A stretch of DNA of 20,260 nucleotides from a virus (taxonomy: Duplodnaviria > Heunggongvirae > Uroviricota > Caudoviricetes), in the IMG/VR virus record IMGVR_UViG_2563366944_000002, positions 1 to 20,260 of that record; one strand, 5' to 3'. Made by a program: the position numbers and the translations under genes. Shown in pieces: positions 17,728 to 20,260 of the stretch. Each line of letters begins with the position of its first letter. The first letter of the stretch is position 1. The notes under the pieces are model-generated. The model did no database searches and was not told the DNA's origin. It saw only the letters and a program-made list of their open reading frames with translations.

Positions 17728-17952
17728 TCAGGAAACAGGCAACAATGTCGCTGATACAATCCCCGCCATATTTGCATTCAGATCACATTCAACAGAGATT
17801 TCTTCATCCGTGGCATCCACTTCATATGTTCGTGAATAACATTCCGTGCATTTACCACTGAATGTGCCTTCAGCCAGAACACGCCCACGCTGTAAAACCC
17901 GGAACGGAATTGTTCCGTTAAAGGGCTTTACGGTTACCAGTAATTTCTTCAT
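17728..17952 (-). CDS. Hypothetical small protein (74 aa), cargo gene between Rz and cos
   Basis: RBS GGAGG before the ATG at 17952, 23 bp after the Rz stop. No signal peptide, so not Bor-like. Not recognised. Confidence 0.6.
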   Translation of the reverse strand: MKKLLVTVKPFNGTIPFRVLQRGRVLAEGTFSGKCTECYSRTYEVDATDEEISVECDLNANMAGIVSATLLPVS

Positions 17953-17975
17953 ACATCCTCCGGATAATAAAAAGA

Positions 17976-18440
17976 CTACTTAATGCACTGGGTGCGGATA
18001 TATTCCTGCAATCCCCGAATCATTCTGTCGCTGGTTGCGATTCGCTCTCTGAGGGTGAAATAATCCCGTTGAGCGGCGTCAGTAAGTCCGGGGCGGGCTG
18101 CATCATCCACGCCGGTGGTGCCGGTGGCTTCACGCACGGCTGGACAGACTGCTCTGATGCGCAACCGACGACGACCAGCGGCAATATCATCACGCAGAGC
18201 ATCATTTTCAGCTTTCGCATCAGCTAACTCCCTTGAGTATTTTTCATCGAGTGCAGCAACATCACGCTGGCGCTGCTGCATATCAGTAATGGTTGCATTT
18301 GCCTGCTCCAGCTCACTGACTTTTTTATCGCGCTGCTCTTTGTAGGTTATGGCGTTATCACGGTAATGATTCAGCCCCAGACTAAGCGCACCACAGGCCA
18401 CCAGCAGGGCAATGATGACCACGCACAGTACGCGGTTCAT
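17976..18440 (-). CDS. Rz: Spanin inner-membrane subunit Rz (i-spanin)
   Basis: 154-aa ORF with an N-terminal TM segment then NHYRDNAITYKEQRDKK...AKAENDALRDDIAAGRRRLRI, closely matching lambda Rz as remembered. Confidence 0.92.
   Translation of the reverse strand: MNRVLCVVIIALLVACGALSLGLNHYRDNAITYKEQRDKKVSELEQANATITDMQQRQRDVAALDEKYSRELADAKAENDALRDDIAAGRRRLRIRAVCPAVREATGTTGVDDAARPGLTDAAQRDYFTLRERIATSDRMIRGLQEYIRTQCIK
18020..18220 (-). CDS. Rz1: Spanin outer-membrane lipoprotein Rz1 (o-spanin), embedded in the +1 frame of Rz
   Basis: MRKLKMMLCVMILPLVVVGCAS... with a lipobox (VVGC) and proline-rich CVKPPAPPAWMMQPAPDLLTPLNGIISPSE, the same pattern as lambda Rz1. Confidence 0.85.
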   Translation of the reverse strand: MRKLKMMLCVMILPLVVVGCASEQSVQPCVKPPAPPAWMMQPAPDLLTPLNGIISPSESESQPATE

Positions 18441-18441
18441 T

Positions 18442-18579
18442 TCACCACCAGCGTATCTGACCGATGAAATAACCGGAGGCCATAATCACAAACACCAGCC
18501 AGATAAGAATGAACTTCCAGGTGGATAATTTTTCAGCCATCACTCGAATCTCCCGAATCAGTTTGCTAAAATCAAACAC
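18442..18579 (-). CDS. Candidate 45-codon single-pass membrane protein between endolysin and Rz (GTG start; alternative ATG at 18540 gives 32 aa)
   Basis: Not in the track (below 60 aa). AAGGAG sits upstream of a GTG at 18579 with a short spacer. Hand translation: MFDFSKLIREIRVMAEKLSTWKFILIWLVFVIMASGYFIGQIRWW; the stop is 1 nt from the Rz start. One hydrophobic helix. Prediction only. Confidence 0.3.
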   Translation of the reverse strand: MFDFSKLIREIRVMAEKLSTWKFILIWLVFVIMASGYFIGQIRWW

Positions 18580-18615
18580 ACTTTCTCCTTTGACTTTTCC
18601 AGAGTCAGGAAACAC

Positions 18616-18649
18616 AAAACCCCGCTTGCAGCCAACAAACGGGGTTTTT
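18616..18649. terminator. Hairpin with T/A tracts on both sides (bidirectional terminator-like) in the endolysin-Rz gap
   Basis: CCCCGCTTG / CAAACGGGG stem (one mismatch) with a 7-nt loop, followed by TTTTT on the plus strand and preceded by AAAA (a U tract on the minus strand). Confidence 0.4.
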
Positions 18650-18738
18650 ACTTTTATTCACTTAGGTTTTGCCAGTTCTCAGGATTTCGTGTTATCCGTC
18701 CGCATTAGCCAACGTCATTTTTCAACAAAATATTCTGC

Positions 18739-19272
18739 TTATTTGTCAATTCCCCAGCACGCCAGCGCGCTCTCCTGGTCACGCCGTGAGACCTGTCCAT
18801 AGCAGTTATTTGAACGAATACGGCAGTCTCTGCCACCGTCCTTAATCCACCAGCGAATCGCCTCACATGCTCCCCTGCGATCGCCTGCATTAATTCGTTT
18901 ATAAAACGTCGACGGGAAACACTTACCGGGGCCAATGTTATACGGGCAGAATGACGCAATACCCGCTTTCTGTGGTTCAGTCAGTGGCACTTTGATGTTT
19001 TTCGCCACCCATGCCAGCGCCTTATCACGCTCAATGGCGTTAACCTGGTCGCATTTTTCCTTCGACAACTTCATGCCGGGGAGGACAGGCTTACCATCCA
19101 CCCGGGTGGCTCCACGGCAGATGGTCCAGATACCCGCGCCATCACGGTATGCCGTGGTGTGGTTACCTTCCTTTTCATCCAGAAACTGGTCGAGAATGTC
19201 AGGCGCAGGCGCACCAGCGGCAATCAGCGCCAGAACGGCAGCCGACAGGCCGTATTTGATTTTTGCGTTCAT
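18739..19272 (-). CDS. R: Endolysin, lysozyme-like with N-terminal signal-anchor-release (SAR) domain
   Basis: 177-aa ORF with an N-terminal weakly hydrophobic Gly/Ala-rich segment (GLSAAVLALIAAGAPA) followed by a catalytic E-x8-D-x5-T pattern (EKEGNHTTAYRDGAGIWT), as in P21-type SAR endolysins. Weak RBS. Confidence 0.9.
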   Translation of the reverse strand: MNAKIKYGLSAAVLALIAAGAPAPDILDQFLDEKEGNHTTAYRDGAGIWTICRGATRVDGKPVLPGMKLSKEKCDQVNAIERDKALAWVAKNIKVPLTEPQKAGIASFCPYNIGPGKCFPSTFYKRINAGDRRGACEAIRWWIKDGGRDCRIRSNNCYGQVSRRDQESALACWGIDK

Positions 19273-19400
19273 GGATATTTATCAGGATTTATCGGTTCCG
19301 AATCCCTGGATATGTTAAATCTTCAGCCCGCCAGCGGTAGGACACTGGCGTTTTTCCTGATGGCTGAAATATATCTGACAATTTCAGTAGAGGATTAACC

Positions 19401-19715
19401 ATGCATAACGATCAACATAATTATGATTTATGCCTGCAAGCCATAAATGAGCGGGTAAAATCAGAGTGCCTCTTACTCCTCCCACAAGAACACGATGCAG
19501 TAAAATCCATTCAGGCTGAGCCGTATGGACATCTCACACCTGTGACTCTCGGCATTATCGCCAGAGCATTAACACAGCCCATGCTTATGCGTATTAAGAC
19601 CAATATAAATAACTGGTTGAATGAAGAATTAAGCTACCTTGATTGTGAGTGGGACAATCATTACGCAAAAACACAAAAAGAACGCATCTTCAGTCGATTA
19701 TCCAGCAACAGATAA
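19401..19715 (+). CDS. Hypothetical protein (104 aa) on the opposite strand to the late operon, AT-rich cargo gene
   Basis: GAGG RBS 8 nt before the ATG at 19401; region is clearly more AT-rich than the structural genes; convergent with the 177-aa ORF (9 bp between stops). No recognisable motif. Confidence 0.55.
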   Translation: MHNDQHNYDLCLQAINERVKSECLLLLPQEHDAVKSIQAEPYGHLTPVTLGIIARALTQPMLMRIKTNINNWLNEELSYLDCEWDNHYAKTQKERIFSRLSSNR

Positions 19716-19724
19716 CGAGCCACC

Positions 19725-20258
19725 TTATATACGCCCTTTCAGATAAGTCATCCCCGGCTGCATCCAGTCAACAGGTGCTTTCTTAAAGGGCGTATTATCA
19801 AAATCACGCAGAAGAGCCTCCAGCACAACTGCATCATTGTCAGCACCACTGGCCATCATTTCAATCTCAGCTGCTACCTGCAGATATCCCATGCAACGAC
19901 CAATGCGCTTCATCAGCCCCTGCTTTTTATTGTTCTTCAGGTAATCAATGGCAAATTCAATGAGCGCCTCACTATGCTGGTGCGATGGCGGTGTTAATTT
20001 CCCATTTTCTGAGATGGTTATTTTCCCGCCATCTCCGTATACAACAAAGGATGGCCGGTTACACTCCCATTCCTGATCTTTATCAGGTGCAGACGCAATA
20101 AAATAACGTTTATTTCCTTCCTCTCCGGCACTTTTAACCGTAATGGAGTACTCAGACTGCAGACAAGACGCCTCTTTTTCTGACCGCAGTGTTGACGGCG
20201 GCATCTTCAGAGAACCAGTAATTCTTCCCGGTAGCTTTCCTTTGTAGGTTATCAACAC
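19725..20258 (-). CDS. Hypothetical protein (at least 177 aa; the start lies within 3 nt of the window edge, so it may be N-terminally truncated)
   Basis: Long ORF in AT-rich DNA upstream of the endolysin on the late-operon strand; hydrophilic, no TM segments, so not a holin. Not recognised. Confidence 0.5.
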   Translation of the reverse strand: MLITYKGKLPGRITGSLKMPPSTLRSEKEASCLQSEYSITVKSAGEEGNKRYFIASAPDKDQEWECNRPSFVVYGDGGKITISENGKLTPPSHQHSEALIEFAIDYLKNNKKQGLMKRIGRCMGYLQVAAEIEMMASGADNDAVVLEALLRDFDNTPFKKAPVDWMQPGMTYLKGRI

Positions 20259-20260
20259 AT

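Noticed and set aside
18509-18802. 97-aa plus-strand ORF across the endolysin-Rz gap
   Set aside because: It runs through the bidirectional terminator hairpin and into the antisense of the endolysin 3' end, with no RBS. The minus-strand short ORF and the hairpin account for the region.
18935-19398. Plus-strand ORFs of 127 and 79 aa antisense to the endolysin
   Set aside because: Shadow ORFs inside a gene with a clear lysozyme catalytic motif; no translation signals.
1-20260. tRNA genes, integrase, attachment sites or IS elements
   Set aside because: No cloverleaf-like sequence with conserved GTTC/TPsiC-type motifs was spotted, and no recombinase- or transposase-like ORF or terminal inverted repeats. 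The window is internal to the prophage.

Overview
The window is the late (lysis, packaging and morphogenesis) region of a lambda-like siphovirus prophage from an enterobacterium, with essentially every real gene on the minus strand. Reading the minus strand from high to low coordinates: a convergent pair of unknown AT-rich genes at the right edge, a SAR-type endolysin, a small membrane ORF, Rz with embedded Rz1, two small unknown ORFs, a terminator, a cos-like region, terminase small and large subunits, a W-like connector, portal, a ClpP-type protease fused to an HK97-fold major capsid protein, two small head-completion proteins, then a tail module colinear with lambda Z-U-V-G/G-T-H-M-L-K-I-J. 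J runs off the left edge. Gene calls rest on reading the supplied translations against remembered lambda protein sequences and motifs; no database search was possible. The head module is not lambda-like, so the element is mosaic. No holin is recognisable in the window. Items worth a second look are: (1) an extra ~280 bp between I and J carrying an outward-facing sigma70-like promoter and an intrinsic terminator, i.e. a candidate ~100-nt small RNA; (2) the AT-rich convergent gene pair at the right edge, in the slot where lambdoid phages carry cargo such as stx; (3) a 45-codon single-TM ORF wedged between endolysin and Rz; (4) two small unknown ORFs between Rz and cos; (5) an exact in-frame 63-bp tandem duplication in the tape-measure gene. 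No tRNA, CRISPR array, integrase or IS element was seen.
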